Of a DNA stretch of 32,000 bases, positions 9,852 to 20,022 are shown in pieces. How positions within the stretch are numbered: position 1 is the first letter of the stretch; each line of letters starts with the position of its first letter. This DNA comes from Pseudomonas aeruginosa (GTDB lineage: Bacteria > Pseudomonadota > Gammaproteobacteria > Pseudomonadales > Pseudomonadaceae). Made by a program: the position numbers and the translations under genes. The stretch spans positions 750,001-782,000 of the forward strand of contig NZ_LN831024.1 of the NCBI RefSeq assembly GCF_001457615.1. The letters are read 5' to 3'. The notes below the pieces were generated by a model, which had not been told where the DNA came from, ran no database searches, and worked only from the letters and a program-made list of their open reading frames with translations.

Positions 9852-11560
9852 CCCCGGTGCTGTGGCGCCTGCTGCGCACCTATCGCTGGCGGCTGGCGGC
9901 GGCCATGGGGTTGCAGGCCCTGGCCGGGCTCTGCTCGCTGTTGCCCTGGATGCTTCTCGCCTGGCTCGCCGAGCCGCTGGCGCGCGGCCAGGCGCAGCCG
10001 GCCCTGCTGGCCCTGGTGCTGCTGGCGGTGCTGGCCTGGCTGGGCTGCCAGGCGCTGGCCGCGCACCTGGCCCACCGGGTCGACGCGGACCTCTGCAACG
10101 ACCTGCGCCTGCGCCTGCTGGCGCACCTGCAACGGCTGCCGCTGGACTGGTTCGGTCGCCAGGGCCCGGACGGCGTGGCGCGCCTCGTGGAGCAGGACGT
10201 GCGGGCCCTGCACCAACTGATCGCGCACGCTCCCAACGATCTCAGCAACCTGTTGGTGGTGCCGCTCGTCGCGTTGCTCTGGCTGGCCTGGCTGCACCCC
10301 TGGCTGCTGCTGTTCTGCCTGCTGCCGCTGGTGCTGGCCGCCGCCGGCTTCCTGCTGCTGCGCTCGGCGCGCTACCGCGACCTGGTGCTGCGGCGCAATG
10401 CCGCGCTGGAAAGGCTCTCGGCGGACTATGGCGAATTCGCCCACAACCTGCTGCTGGCCCGACAGTACCCCGGCGCCGGCATACAACAGGGCGCCGAGGC
10501 GTCGGCGGCGGCCTTCGGCGAAGCGTTCGGCGCCTGGGTGAAGCGGGTCGGCCACCTCGCCGCGCTGGTCTACGTGCAGTTGTCGACGCCCTGGCTGCTG
10601 GCCTGGGTCCTGCTCGGCGCGCTGGCCCTGGATGCCCTCGGCGTGCCGCTGGCGCTCGGCCAGGCCTGCGCCTTCCTGCTCCTGTTGCGGGCCCTGGCCG
10701 CCCCGGTACAGGCGCTCGGCCACGGCGGCGACGCGCTGCTGGGCGCGCGCGCCGCCGCCGAGCGCCTGCAGCAGGTGTTCGACCAGGCGCCGCTGGCCGA
10801 GGGCCGCTCGACCCGCGAGCCGGTCGATGGCGCGGTGGCGCTGCACGGCCTGGGCCATGCCTATGAAGGCGTGGAGGTCCTGGCCGATATCGATCTGGAG
10901 CTGGAGGATGGCAGCCTGGTGGCCCTGGTCGGTCCCTCGGGCTCCGGCAAGAGCACCCTGCTGCACCTGCTGGCGCGCTACATGGACGCGCAGCGCGGCG
11001 AACTGGAGGTTGGCGGCCTGGCACTGAAGGACATGCCCGATGCCGTGCGCCATCGGCATATCGCGCTGGTCGGCCAGCAGGCGGCGGCGCTGGAGATATC
11101 CCTGGCCGACAACATTGCCCTGTTCCGCCCCGATGCCGATCTCCAGGAGATTCGCCAGGCGGCCCGTGACGCCTGCCTCGACGAGCGCATCATGGCCCTG
11201 CCGCGTGGCTACGACAGCGTGCCGGGACGCGACCTGCAACTGTCCGGCGGCGAACTGCAACGACTGGCCCTGGCCCGTGCGCTGCTATCGCCGGCGCGCC
11301 TGTTGCTGCTCGACGAGCCAACCTCGGCGCTGGATCCGCAGACCGCCCGGCAGGTCCTGCGCAACCTGCGCGAACGCGGCGGTGGCCGGACCCGGGTGAT
11401 CGTCGCCCATCGTCTGGCCGAAGTCAGCGATGCCGACCTGATCCTGGTGCTGGTCGCTGGCCGTCTGGTCGAACGCGGCGAGCACGCGGCGCTGTTGGCG
11501 GCGGACGGCGCCTATGCGCGCTTGTGGCGTGAACAGAACGGCGCGGAGGTGGCGGCATGA
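9848..11560 (+). CDS. pchH: PchH, fused TMD-NBD ABC transporter subunit, 570 aa
   Basis: GTG 9848 overlaps the pchG TGA 9849-9851 (GTGA). The N-terminus VTPVLWRLLRTYRWRL is typical of exporter-type ABC proteins, and six hydrophobic segments follow. Walker A GPSGSGKST (10931-10957), signature LSGGELQRLALARAL and Walker B LLLLDEPTS are present. The start codon is inferred; the stop is firm. Confidence 0.88.
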   Translation: MTPVLWRLLRTYRWRLAAAMGLQALAGLCSLLPWMLLAWLAEPLARGQAQPALLALVLLAVLAWLGCQALAAHLAHRVDADLCNDLRLRLLAHLQRLPLDWFGRQGPDGVARLVEQDVRALHQLIAHAPNDLSNLLVVPLVALLWLAWLHPWLLLFCLLPLVLAAAGFLLLRSARYRDLVLRRNAALERLSADYGEFAHNLLLARQYPGAGIQQGAEASAAAFGEAFGAWVKRVGHLAALVYVQLSTPWLLAWVLLGALALDALGVPLALGQACAFLLLLRALAAPVQALGHGGDALLGARAAAERLQQVFDQAPLAEGRSTREPVDGAVALHGLGHAYEGVEVLADIDLELEDGSLVALVGPSGSGKSTLLHLLARYMDAQRGELEVGGLALKDMPDAVRHRHIALVGQQAAALEISLADNIALFRPDADLQEIRQAARDACLDERIMALPRGYDSVPGRDLQLSGGELQRLALARALLSPARLLLLDEPTSALDPQTARQVLRNLRERGGGRTRVIVAHRLAEVSDADLILVLVAGRLVERGEHAALLAADGAYARLWREQNGAEVAA

Positions 11561-13281
11561 CCCTGTTCGAACGAATGCGTGCGCTGCCCGAAGACTGCCG
11601 TGCCGCGTTGCGCCGGGCGAGCGCCTGGGCGGTCCTGGCGGCGCTGCTGGACGCCGCTTGCGGCGTATTGCTGGTGCCGTTGGTCGAGGCCTGGTTCGCC
11701 GAAGGCGCGTTGCCCTGGCGCTGGGTCGCAGCGTTGCTCGGCTTGAGCCTGGCGCAGGCGCTGTTGCAGTACCTGGCCCTGCGTCGCGGTTTCGCCGCCG
11801 GCGGCTCGCTGGCGGCTGGACTGGTGCGCAGCCTGGTGGCGCGCTTGCCGCGCCTGGCGCCGCCGGCGCTGCGCCGGGTCGCGCCGGCCGAAGGCCTGCT
11901 GCGCGGCCCGGTGATGCAGGCGATGGGCATTCCGGCGCACCTGCTGGGGCCGCTGATCGCCGCATTGGTGACGCCGCTCGGGGTGATCCTCGGGCTGTTC
12001 CTGATCGACCCGTCCATCGCCCTCGGCCTGCTCGTTGCCGGTGCCGTCCTCGCTGCGCTGTTGCGCTGGAGCGGGCGGCGCAATCTGGCGGCGGAGGATG
12101 CCCGGCTGGCCGCCGAGCGCGACGCTGCACGGCAGTTGCAGGCGTTCGCCGAACGCCAGCCGCTGCTGCGCGCGGCGCAGCGCGAAAGCGTCGCCCGCCA
12201 GGGGCTGGAAGAGGCCTTGCGCAGTCTCCACCGCAGCACCCTGGATCTGTTGCGGCGCAGCCTGCCCAGCGGCCTCGGCTTCGCCCTGGCGGTGCAGGCG
12301 GCGTTCGCCTTCGCCCTGCTCGGCGGCGCCTGGGCGGTGGAGCGGCAATGGCTGGACGGCGCTCGGCTGGTGGCCGTGCTGGTGCTGCTGGTGCGCTTCA
12401 TCGAGCCGCTGGCCCAGCTCACCCATCTCGACCAGGCGTTGCGCGGCGCCTGGCAGGCGCTGGATACCCTGCTGCGGGTTTTCGCCCTGGCTCCGCTGCG
12501 CAGCCCCGAGCCGGGCGAGCGGCCGCACGACGCCAGCCTGGCGGCCGAGGCCGTGGAATTGCGTCTGGAAGATGGCCGCGCCTTGCTCGAGGACATTTCC
12601 CTGAGGCTGGAGCCGGGTTCGCTGAACGTCCTCGTCGGACCCTCCGGGGCCGGCAAGAGCAGCCTGCTGGCGCTGCTCGGGCGGCTCTACGACGCCGACG
12701 CCGGGTGTGTCCTGCTGGGTGGCGTGGATATCCGCCGGTTGAGCGAAACGACCCTCGCCGCCAGTCGCAACCTGGTGTTCCAGGACAACGGCCTGTTCCG
12801 CGGCAGCGTTGCCTGGAACCTGCGCATGGCGCGAGCGGACGCCGATCTCGAAGCGCTGCGCGAGGCGGCGCGGGCGGTTGGCCTGCTGGAAGAGATCGAG
12901 GCCTGGCCGCAGGGCTGGGACAGCGACGTCGGTCCCGGCGGCGCGCTGCTGTCCGGCGGCCAGCGGCAACGCCTGTGCCTGGCTCGCGGGCTGCTCTCGA
13001 CGGCGCCGTTGCTGCTGCTCGACGAGCCCACCGCCAGCCTCGACGCCGCCAGCGAGGCGCAGGTGCTGCGCAGCCTGCTCGGGTTGCGCGGCCGGCGCAC
13101 CCTGCTGGTAGTGACCCACCGCCCGGCGCTGGCGCGTCAGGCCGACCAGGTACTGCTGCTGGAGGAGGGGCGCCTGCGCCTCAGCGGACTTCACGCCGAT
13201 CTGCTCGTCCGGGACGACTGGTATGCCGGTTTCGTCGGGCTGGCGGGCGAGGAAAGTTCCGCGACGGTCGTGGATCGATAG
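11557..13281 (+). CDS. pchI: PchI, fused TMD-NBD ABC transporter subunit, 574 aa
   Basis: ATG 11557 overlaps the pchH TGA 11558-11560 (ATGA). Walker A GPSGAGKSS (12637-12663), signature LSGGQRQRLCLARGL and Walker B LLLLDEPTA are present. The stop is TAG 13279-13281. Confidence 0.93.
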   Translation: MTLFERMRALPEDCRAALRRASAWAVLAALLDAACGVLLVPLVEAWFAEGALPWRWVAALLGLSLAQALLQYLALRRGFAAGGSLAAGLVRSLVARLPRLAPPALRRVAPAEGLLRGPVMQAMGIPAHLLGPLIAALVTPLGVILGLFLIDPSIALGLLVAGAVLAALLRWSGRRNLAAEDARLAAERDAARQLQAFAERQPLLRAAQRESVARQGLEEALRSLHRSTLDLLRRSLPSGLGFALAVQAAFAFALLGGAWAVERQWLDGARLVAVLVLLVRFIEPLAQLTHLDQALRGAWQALDTLLRVFALAPLRSPEPGERPHDASLAAEAVELRLEDGRALLEDISLRLEPGSLNVLVGPSGAGKSSLLALLGRLYDADAGCVLLGGVDIRRLSETTLAASRNLVFQDNGLFRGSVAWNLRMARADADLEALREAARAVGLLEEIEAWPQGWDSDVGPGGALLSGGQRQRLCLARGLLSTAPLLLLDEPTASLDAASEAQVLRSLLGLRGRRTLLVVTHRPALARQADQVLLLEEGRLRLSGLHADLLVRDDWYAGFVGLAGEESSATVVDR

Positions 13282-13322
13282 AGAAAGACCGGCAATCGAA
13301 AAAGCCCCGGAGACGATTTCTT

Positions 13323-13341
13323 CATAATGATAAGCATTATC
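13323..13341 (+). promoter_or_regulatory. Fur box upstream of fptA
   Basis: CATAATGATAAGCATTATC matches the 19-bp Fur consensus GATAATGATAATCATTATC at 17 of 19 positions. It lies 32 nt upstream of the fptA ATG, in the 91-bp pchI-fptA spacer. Confidence 0.85.
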
Positions 13342-13372
13342 AAATCGTATATCCCCCGAGGCTGTTCGAACG

Positions 13373-15535
13373 ATGAAAACGGAGACGAAGGTGATCAAGG
13401 GACGCCAGGGCATCGCCCGCAATCGGCACACCCCGTTGTGCCTGGGCCTGCTGCTGGCGCTGAGTCCGCTGGCCGCGGCCGTGGCCGACGCGCGCAAGGA
13501 CGGCGAGACGGAACTGCCGGACATGGTGATCAGCGGAGAAAGCACGTCCGCCACCCAGCCGCCGGGGGTGACTACCCTGGGCAAGGTGCCGCTCAAGCCG
13601 CGCGAGCTGCCGCAGTCCGCCAGCGTCATCGACCATGAGCGCCTCGAACAGCAGAATCTGTTCAGCCTCGACGAAGCCATGCAGCAGGCCACCGGGGTCA
13701 CCGTGCAGCCGTTCCAGCTGCTGACCACCGCCTACTACGTGCGCGGCTTCAAGGTCGACTCCTTCGAGCTGGACGGGGTGCCGGCACTGCTCGGCAATAC
13801 CGCCAGTTCGCCGCAGGACATGGCGATCTACGAGCGGGTCGAGATCCTCCGCGGCTCCAACGGACTGCTGCATGGCACCGGCAACCCGGCGGCCACCGTC
13901 AACCTGGTGCGCAAGCGGCCGCAGCGCGAGTTCGCCGCCAGCACCACCCTCAGCGCCGGGCGCTGGGACCGCTACCGCGCCGAGGTCGACGTCGGCGGCC
14001 CGCTGAGCGCCAGCGGCAACGTGCGCGGCCGAGCGGTGGCCGCCTACGAGGACCGCGACTACTTCTACGACGTGGCCGACCAGGGCACCCGCCTGCTCTA
14101 CGGGGTGACCGAGTTCGACCTGAGCCCCGACACCCTGCTCACCGTCGGTGCGCAATACCAGCACATCGACTCGATCACCAACATGGCCGGGGTACCGATG
14201 GCCAAGGATGGGTCCAATCTCGGGCTGTCCCGCGACACCTACCTCGATGTCGACTGGGACCGCTTCAAGTGGGACACCTACCGCGCCTTCGGCTCCCTCG
14301 AACAGCAACTGGGCGGCGGCTGGAAAGGCAAGGTCAGCGCCGAATACCAGGAAGCCGATTCGCGCCTGCGTTACGCCGGCTCCTTCGGCGCCATCGACCC
14401 GCAGACCGGCGACGGTGGCCAGCTGACGGGCGCCGCCTACAAGTTCAAGAGCATCCAGCGCAGCCTCGACGCCAACCTCAATGGGCCGGTGCGACTGTTC
14501 GGCCTGACCCACGAACTGCTCGGTGGGGTCACCTACGCCCAGGGCGAGACCCGCCAGGACACCGCACGCTTCCTCAACCTGCCGAACACCCCGGTCAATG
14601 TCTACCGCTGGGACCCGCACGGCGTGCCGCGCCCGCAGATCGGCCAGTACACTTCGCCGGGCACCACCACCACCACCCAGAAAGGCCTCTATGCCCTGGG
14701 CCGGATCAAGCTCGCCGAGCCGCTGACCCTGGTGGTCGGCGGCCGCGAAAGCTGGTGGGACCAGGACACCCCGGCCACCCGCTTCAAGCCCGGTCGCCAG
14801 TTCACGCCCTACGGCGGGCTGATCTGGGACTTCGCCAGGGACTGGTCGTGGTATGTCAGCTACGCCGAGGTCTACCAGCCGCAGGCGGATCGCCAGACCT
14901 GGAACAGCGAGCCGCTGAGCCCGGTGGAAGGCAAGACCTACGAAACCGGGATCAAGGGCGAACTGGCCGACGGCCGCCTGAACCTGTCGCTGGCGGCGTT
15001 CCGCATCGACCTGGAGAACAATCCGCAGGAAGACCCGGACCATCCGGGGCCGCCCAACAATCCGTTCTACATCAGCGGCGGCAAGGTGCGCAGCCAGGGC
15101 TTCGAGCTGGAAGGCACCGGCTACCTGACGCCCTACTGGAGTCTCTCGGCCGGCTACACCTACACCAGCACCGAGTACCTCAAGGACAGCCAGAACGACT
15201 CGGGGACGCGCTACTCCACCTTCACCCCGAGGCACCTGCTGCGCCTGTGGAGCAACTACGACCTGCCCTGGCAGGACCGGCGCTGGAGCGTCGGCGGCGG
15301 ACTCCAGGCGCAGAGCGACTACAGCGTCGACTACCGCGGCGTGAGCATGCGCCAGGGCGGCTACGCACTGGTCAACATGCGCCTGGGCTACAAGATCGAC
15401 GAGCACTGGACGGCGGCGGTCAACGTCAACAACCTGTTCGACCGGACCTACTACCAGAGCCTGTCCAACCCCAACTGGAACAACCGCTACGGCGAACCGC
15501 GCAGCTTCAACGTCAGCCTGCGGGGCGCGTTCTGA
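13373..15535 (+). CDS. fptA: FptA, TonB-dependent outer-membrane ferripyochelin receptor, 720 aa
   Basis: There is a signal peptide (..[18 protein letters not shown]) and a TonB-box-like [11 protein letters not shown] plug domain and a beta-barrel follow, and the protein ends ..NVSLRGAF with the terminal aromatic residue typical of OM barrels. The 720-aa length matches FptA, and a Fur box lies immediately upstream. Confidence 0.96.
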   Translation: MKTETKVIKGRQGIARNRHTPLCLGLLLALSPLAAAVADARKDGETELPDMVISGESTSATQPPGVTTLGKVPLKPRELPQSASVIDHERLEQQNLFSLDEAMQQATGVTVQPFQLLTTAYYVRGFKVDSFELDGVPALLGNTASSPQDMAIYERVEILRGSNGLLHGTGNPAATVNLVRKRPQREFAASTTLSAGRWDRYRAEVDVGGPLSASGNVRGRAVAAYEDRDYFYDVADQGTRLLYGVTEFDLSPDTLLTVGAQYQHIDSITNMAGVPMAKDGSNLGLSRDTYLDVDWDRFKWDTYRAFGSLEQQLGGGWKGKVSAEYQEADSRLRYAGSFGAIDPQTGDGGQLTGAAYKFKSIQRSLDANLNGPVRLFGLTHELLGGVTYAQGETRQDTARFLNLPNTPVNVYRWDPHGVPRPQIGQYTSPGTTTTTQKGLYALGRIKLAEPLTLVVGGRESWWDQDTPATRFKPGRQFTPYGGLIWDFARDWSWYVSYAEVYQPQADRQTWNSEPLSPVEGKTYETGIKGELADGRLNLSLAAFRIDLENNPQEDPDHPGPPNNPFYISGGKVRSQGFELEGTGYLTPYWSLSAGYTYTSTEYLKDSQNDSGTRYSTFTPRHLLRLWSNYDLPWQDRRWSVGGGLQAQSDYSVDYRGVSMRQGGYALVNMRLGYKIDEHWTAAVNVNNLFDRTYYQSLSNPNWNNRYGEPRSFNVSLRGAF

Positions 15536-15816
15536 TGCCGCGCCAGTCGGGCTTCGGCTGGGCCTGGCGGGTTCCGCTGGCGCTCGCCGGCAGCCTGGCG
15601 GCGGCGACCGCCAGCGGCTATCTGTTGACTCGCGGGCTGCCCCTGGACGACCCGCTCGAGCGTCTCTACGCCGGGCTCTTCGGCGCGCTCGGGGTGGGCT
15701 TGTTGCTGCTTGTCGGCGGGTTGGTGGCGCGTGATCCGGGCAACTTCGCCTGGCGCCTGGGCGGTAGCCTGCTGGCACTGGGCCTGGCGTTGTGGCTGCT
15801 GGCGGGGCGCGGTTGA
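15535..15816 (+). CDS. fptB: FptB, small (93 aa) predicted three-helix membrane protein of the fptABCX operon
   Basis: ATG 15535-15537 shares its A with the fptA stop TGA 15533-15535. The product [21 protein letters not shown]... has three hydrophobic stretches and GC-rich third codon positions. It occupies the fptB position between fptA and the PepSY-TM gene. Confidence 0.75.
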   Translation: MPRQSGFGWAWRVPLALAGSLAAATASGYLLTRGLPLDDPLERLYAGLFGALGVGLLLLVGGLVARDPGNFAWRLGGSLLALGLALWLLAGRG

Positions 15817-15817
15817 A

Positions 15818-17323
15818 GTGGCGGCGCGTCCCCTCCTGCTCTCGCTGCACGGTGGCGCCGGCGCGCTGTTCGGCGTGCTGCTGTTCGTGGTGCTGTTCAG
15901 TGGCGCCTGGAGTCTTGGCCACGACGACCTGCGCGAGTGGCTGCGGGCCCCGGCGCAGGCGGGAGGAGAAGCCCTTGCGCTGGAGCGCCTGCTCGAACGG
16001 GCGGGCGAGGAAGGCGTCGACATCCGCGATGCGACCCTGCTGCTGCCTGCTCCCGGCCATGCCGCCTTCAGCGTCTGCGATGCGCGCCTGGACTGCCGGC
16101 TGGACCTCGACCCGGCCAGCGGCCGGGTGCTGCCACCGACGCCGGCGCTGGACCTCCTGCTGAACCTGCACAAGAGCCTGTTCGTCGGCTTCCCCGGGCG
16201 GGTGCTGGTCAGCCTGTTCGGCGTATCGCTGTTGCTGCTGTGCCTGGCCGGCGTGCTGCTGCACAGCCGCCGCTGGCGCGACCTGCGGCGTTGGCGGCGG
16301 GACCGCGGGCTGCGCCTGGCGCTGTTCGACCTGCACGGCCTGATCGGCATCTGGGGACTGCCCTGGCTGCTGTTGTTCGGTTTCACCGGCGCGCTCAGCG
16401 GGCTGGGCGCGCTCGGGACCCTGCTGCTGGCGCCGGTGGCCTACCCGCAGGAACCGAACCGGGTGTTCGTCGAGTTGATGGGACCGCCGCCGCCCGCCGC
16501 CGAGGGGCGGCCATTGGCGTCCCGCATCGATCTCGACCGCCTGCTTGCCGGCGATGCCGTGTGGGCGCCCGGCTTCGTCGCCCAGCGCTTGAGCCTCAGT
16601 CATGCCGGGGATGTCGCCGGCAGCGTGGAGATCGCCGGTATCCAGCGTGGCCTGCCGAGTACCGCGAACTTCGAGCGGCACCGCTATCGGCTGGCCGACG
16701 GCGCCCTGCTCGGCGAGCGCAGCTCGGCGCAGCGCGGGTTCTGGCTGCGCGCCTTCATCGCCGTGCAGCCGTTGCATTTCGCCCAGTACCAGTGGCTCGG
16801 GCCGGGCTGGTCCGCCGCGTTGCGCGGCCTGCACCTGGCGATGGGCCTCGGCGCCTGCCTGCTCTGCGCCAGCGGCCTGTACCTGTGGCTGCAACGACGC
16901 GCCTCGGCGCCGGACGCCCGCGTACGGCTCTTGCAGCGCCTGAGCCAGGGTTTCTGTGCCGGCCTGGTGGCGGCGGCCGCGTTGCTCCTGCTGGGGCTGC
17001 AACTCGTGCCCTCGGAGCTACTCGCCGGACCCTGGCCGGGGCGGCTGTTCCTTGTCCTGTGGGCCGCCGCTGGCCTGGCGGCGTTGCTGCTGCCGGGCGA
17101 CTGGCCGCTGGCGCGCGGGTTGCTCGGCGTCGCCGGGCTGGCCTGCCTGGCGGCCGCCGTCGCGCACCTGGCGCCCTGGCTCATGCGCGGCCGGCTGCCG
17201 GCCCTGGGCCCCGACCTCACCCTGATCCTCTGCGGCGCGCTGCTCATCCGGCACGCCTGGATGCAGGCGCGCGCCGCCGCGCCACCCGCCCACCCCCGTG
17301 TCACCGGAGACCACCATGCTTGA
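15818..17323 (+). CDS. fptC: FptC (also named AmpO), PepSY-associated TM-helix inner-membrane protein, ~501 aa
   Basis: GTG 15818 lies 1 nt after the fptB stop (15814-15816). Membrane-embedded His motifs recur (SLHGG, NLHKS, DLHGLIGIWG, PLHFAQY), as is typical of the PepSY_TM/PiuB family, and a hydrophobic C-terminal extension follows. The alternative ATG 15710 would overlap fptB by 107 nt. The start is inferred; the stop TGA 17321-17323 is firm. Confidence 0.8.
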   Translation: MAARPLLLSLHGGAGALFGVLLFVVLFSGAWSLGHDDLREWLRAPAQAGGEALALERLLERAGEEGVDIRDATLLLPAPGHAAFSVCDARLDCRLDLDPASGRVLPPTPALDLLLNLHKSLFVGFPGRVLVSLFGVSLLLLCLAGVLLHSRRWRDLRRWRRDRGLRLALFDLHGLIGIWGLPWLLLFGFTGALSGLGALGTLLLAPVAYPQEPNRVFVELMGPPPPAAEGRPLASRIDLDRLLAGDAVWAPGFVAQRLSLSHAGDVAGSVEIAGIQRGLPSTANFERHRYRLADGALLGERSSAQRGFWLRAFIAVQPLHFAQYQWLGPGWSAALRGLHLAMGLGACLLCASGLYLWLQRRASAPDARVRLLQRLSQGFCAGLVAAAALLLLGLQLVPSELLAGPWPGRLFLVLWAAAGLAALLLPGDWPLARGLLGVAGLACLAAAVAHLAPWLMRGRLPALGPDLTLILCGALLIRHAWMQARAAAPPAHPRVTGDHHA

Positions 17324-18560
17324 GCTGTATCGCCACCGCCGCCTGGTCATCACCCTGGCGTTGCTCTACCTGTCCCAGGGCATTCCCATCGGCCTGGCCA
17401 TGGACGCCCTGCCCACCCTCCTGCGCCAGGATGGCGCGCCATTGCAGGCGCTGGCCTTCCTGCCCCTGGTGGGGCTGCCCTGGGTGGTCAAGTTCCTCTG
17501 GGCGCCCTGGGTCGACAACCATTGGTCGCGCCGTCTCGGCCGGCGGCGTAGCTGGATCCTGCCGATGCAATGCATCGTCCTCGCCTGCCTGCTCGGCCTG
17601 GCGACGCTCGGCCTCGGCGTGGCCAGTGCCGGTTGGGCGGTTGGCCTGCTGGCGCTGGCTTCGCTGGCCAGCGCGACCCAGGACATCGCCACCGACGGCA
17701 TGGCGGCGGAGCACTTCAGCGGCGAGCTGCTGGCCAAGGTCAACGCGGTACAGATCGCCGGGGTGATGATCGGCTTCTTCGGCGGCGGTGCCGGCAGCCT
17801 GATCCTCGCCGGGCATTTCGGCCAGCGCGCGGCGTTTCTGGTCATGGCCTGCGTGCCGCTGGCAAGCCTGTGCTGCGTGCTCGCCCTGGGGCGCGGCGAC
17901 CCCCACGAACTCCCCCCGGCACCGGCCGCCAAGGCCAGCCTGCTGCGCTTCCTGCGTCGGCCGCTGGCGCCTTCGCTGCTGGCACTGGCACTGCTGTCGG
18001 CGATGACCGCGGTATCCGGCTTCGGCCTGTCCAAGCTGTACCTCAGCGATGCCGGCTGGGCCTTGCAGGACATCGGCCGGCTGGGCATGAGCGGTGGCCT
18101 GGTCACGGTATTCCTCGGCTGCGGCGGCGGCGCCTGGCTGGTCAGGCGGATCGGCCTGTGGCGCGGTTTCGCCCTTGGCGTGGTGCTCGCCGGTTGTTCG
18201 GCGCTGCTCTGGTATCTGCAGGCCGGTCGCTGGTTGGCACTGAGCGAAGGATTGGCGTGGACCTGCGTGCTGATCGGCTCGCTGGCTACCGGCATCACCT
18301 CGGTGGCGATCCTCACCGCGGCGATGCGCTTCGCCGGCCAGGGCGGCCAGGCCGGCACCGATGTCACCGCGGTGCAGAGCACCCGAGACCTCGGCGAGAT
18401 GCTGGCGTCTTCGTTCCTGGTCAGCCTCACCGCGCAGATCGGCTATGCCGGCGGTTTCCTCACCGGCAGCGCCCTGGCGGTGCTGGCCCTGTTGCTCGCC
18501 CTGCGCCTGCAGGCCGGCGAGGGGCGCGGGGAGTGGAAGGGGCGGGCGGAAGAGGCCTGA
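17316..18560 (+). CDS. fptX: FptX (also named AmpP), MFS/AmpG-RhtX-type inner-membrane ferripyochelin permease, 414 aa
   Basis: ATG 17316 is preceded by GGAGA (17306-17310) and overlaps the fptC 3' end by 8 nt. The product is a 12-helix-type hydrophobic protein (MLELYRHRRLVITLALLYLSQGIPIGL...). GTG 17298 is a possible alternative start. The 414-aa length matches the annotated FptX. Confidence 0.9.
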   Translation: MLELYRHRRLVITLALLYLSQGIPIGLAMDALPTLLRQDGAPLQALAFLPLVGLPWVVKFLWAPWVDNHWSRRLGRRRSWILPMQCIVLACLLGLATLGLGVASAGWAVGLLALASLASATQDIATDGMAAEHFSGELLAKVNAVQIAGVMIGFFGGGAGSLILAGHFGQRAAFLVMACVPLASLCCVLALGRGDPHELPPAPAAKASLLRFLRRPLAPSLLALALLSAMTAVSGFGLSKLYLSDAGWALQDIGRLGMSGGLVTVFLGCGGGAWLVRRIGLWRGFALGVVLAGCSALLWYLQAGRWLALSEGLAWTCVLIGSLATGITSVAILTAAMRFAGQGGQAGTDVTAVQSTRDLGEMLASSFLVSLTAQIGYAGGFLTGSALAVLALLLALRLQAGEGRGEWKGRAEEA

Positions 18561-18603
18561 GGCGCTGCCGATAGGCGCGCAGCGCCCGGCACCCGCACGG
18601 ATG

Positions 18604-18631
18604 CCGCCTCTCCCGCGGACGGGAGAGGCGG
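18604..18631. terminator. GC-rich perfect hairpin between convergent fptX and phzS (candidate bidirectional terminator)
   Basis: CCGCCTCTCCCG (18604-18615), loop CGGA, CGGGAGAGGCGG (18620-18631): a 12-bp perfect stem. Two shorter hairpins flank it: GGCGCTGC/GCAGCGCC (18561-18568/18579-18586) and GGGCAGGC/GCCTGCCC (18636-18643/18650-18657). No clear U-tract follows on either strand, so terminator function is uncertain. Confidence 0.4.
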
Positions 18632-18664
18632 GAGAGGGCAGGCGCGGTGGCCTGCCCGGTGTTG

Positions 18665-19933
<1,269 letters not shown>

Positions 19934-19936
19934 TTA

Positions 19937-19961
19937 CCGCGATGAAACGTCGGCGCAGCGG
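19937..19961. repeat. Direct repeat copy 1 in the phzG1-phzS spacer
   Basis: CCGCGATGAAACGTCGGCGCAGCGG matches 20023-20047 at 22 of 25 positions (core 19-mer 18/19). The two copies are offset by 86 nt. Confidence 0.7.
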
Positions 19962-20022
19962 CGGATAACGCCGGTGGCGTCATTCGCCCTACGACCCGGC
20001 TCCGAGGCCGCGGGACGCATAT

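Noticed and set aside
13340-17002. 1220-aa minus-strand ORF antisense to fptA, fptB and fptC
   Set aside because: This is the same GC artefact. The plus strand encodes a full TonB-dependent receptor and a PepSY-TM protein, while the antisense product is repetitive A/G/R/P/Q with no motifs.
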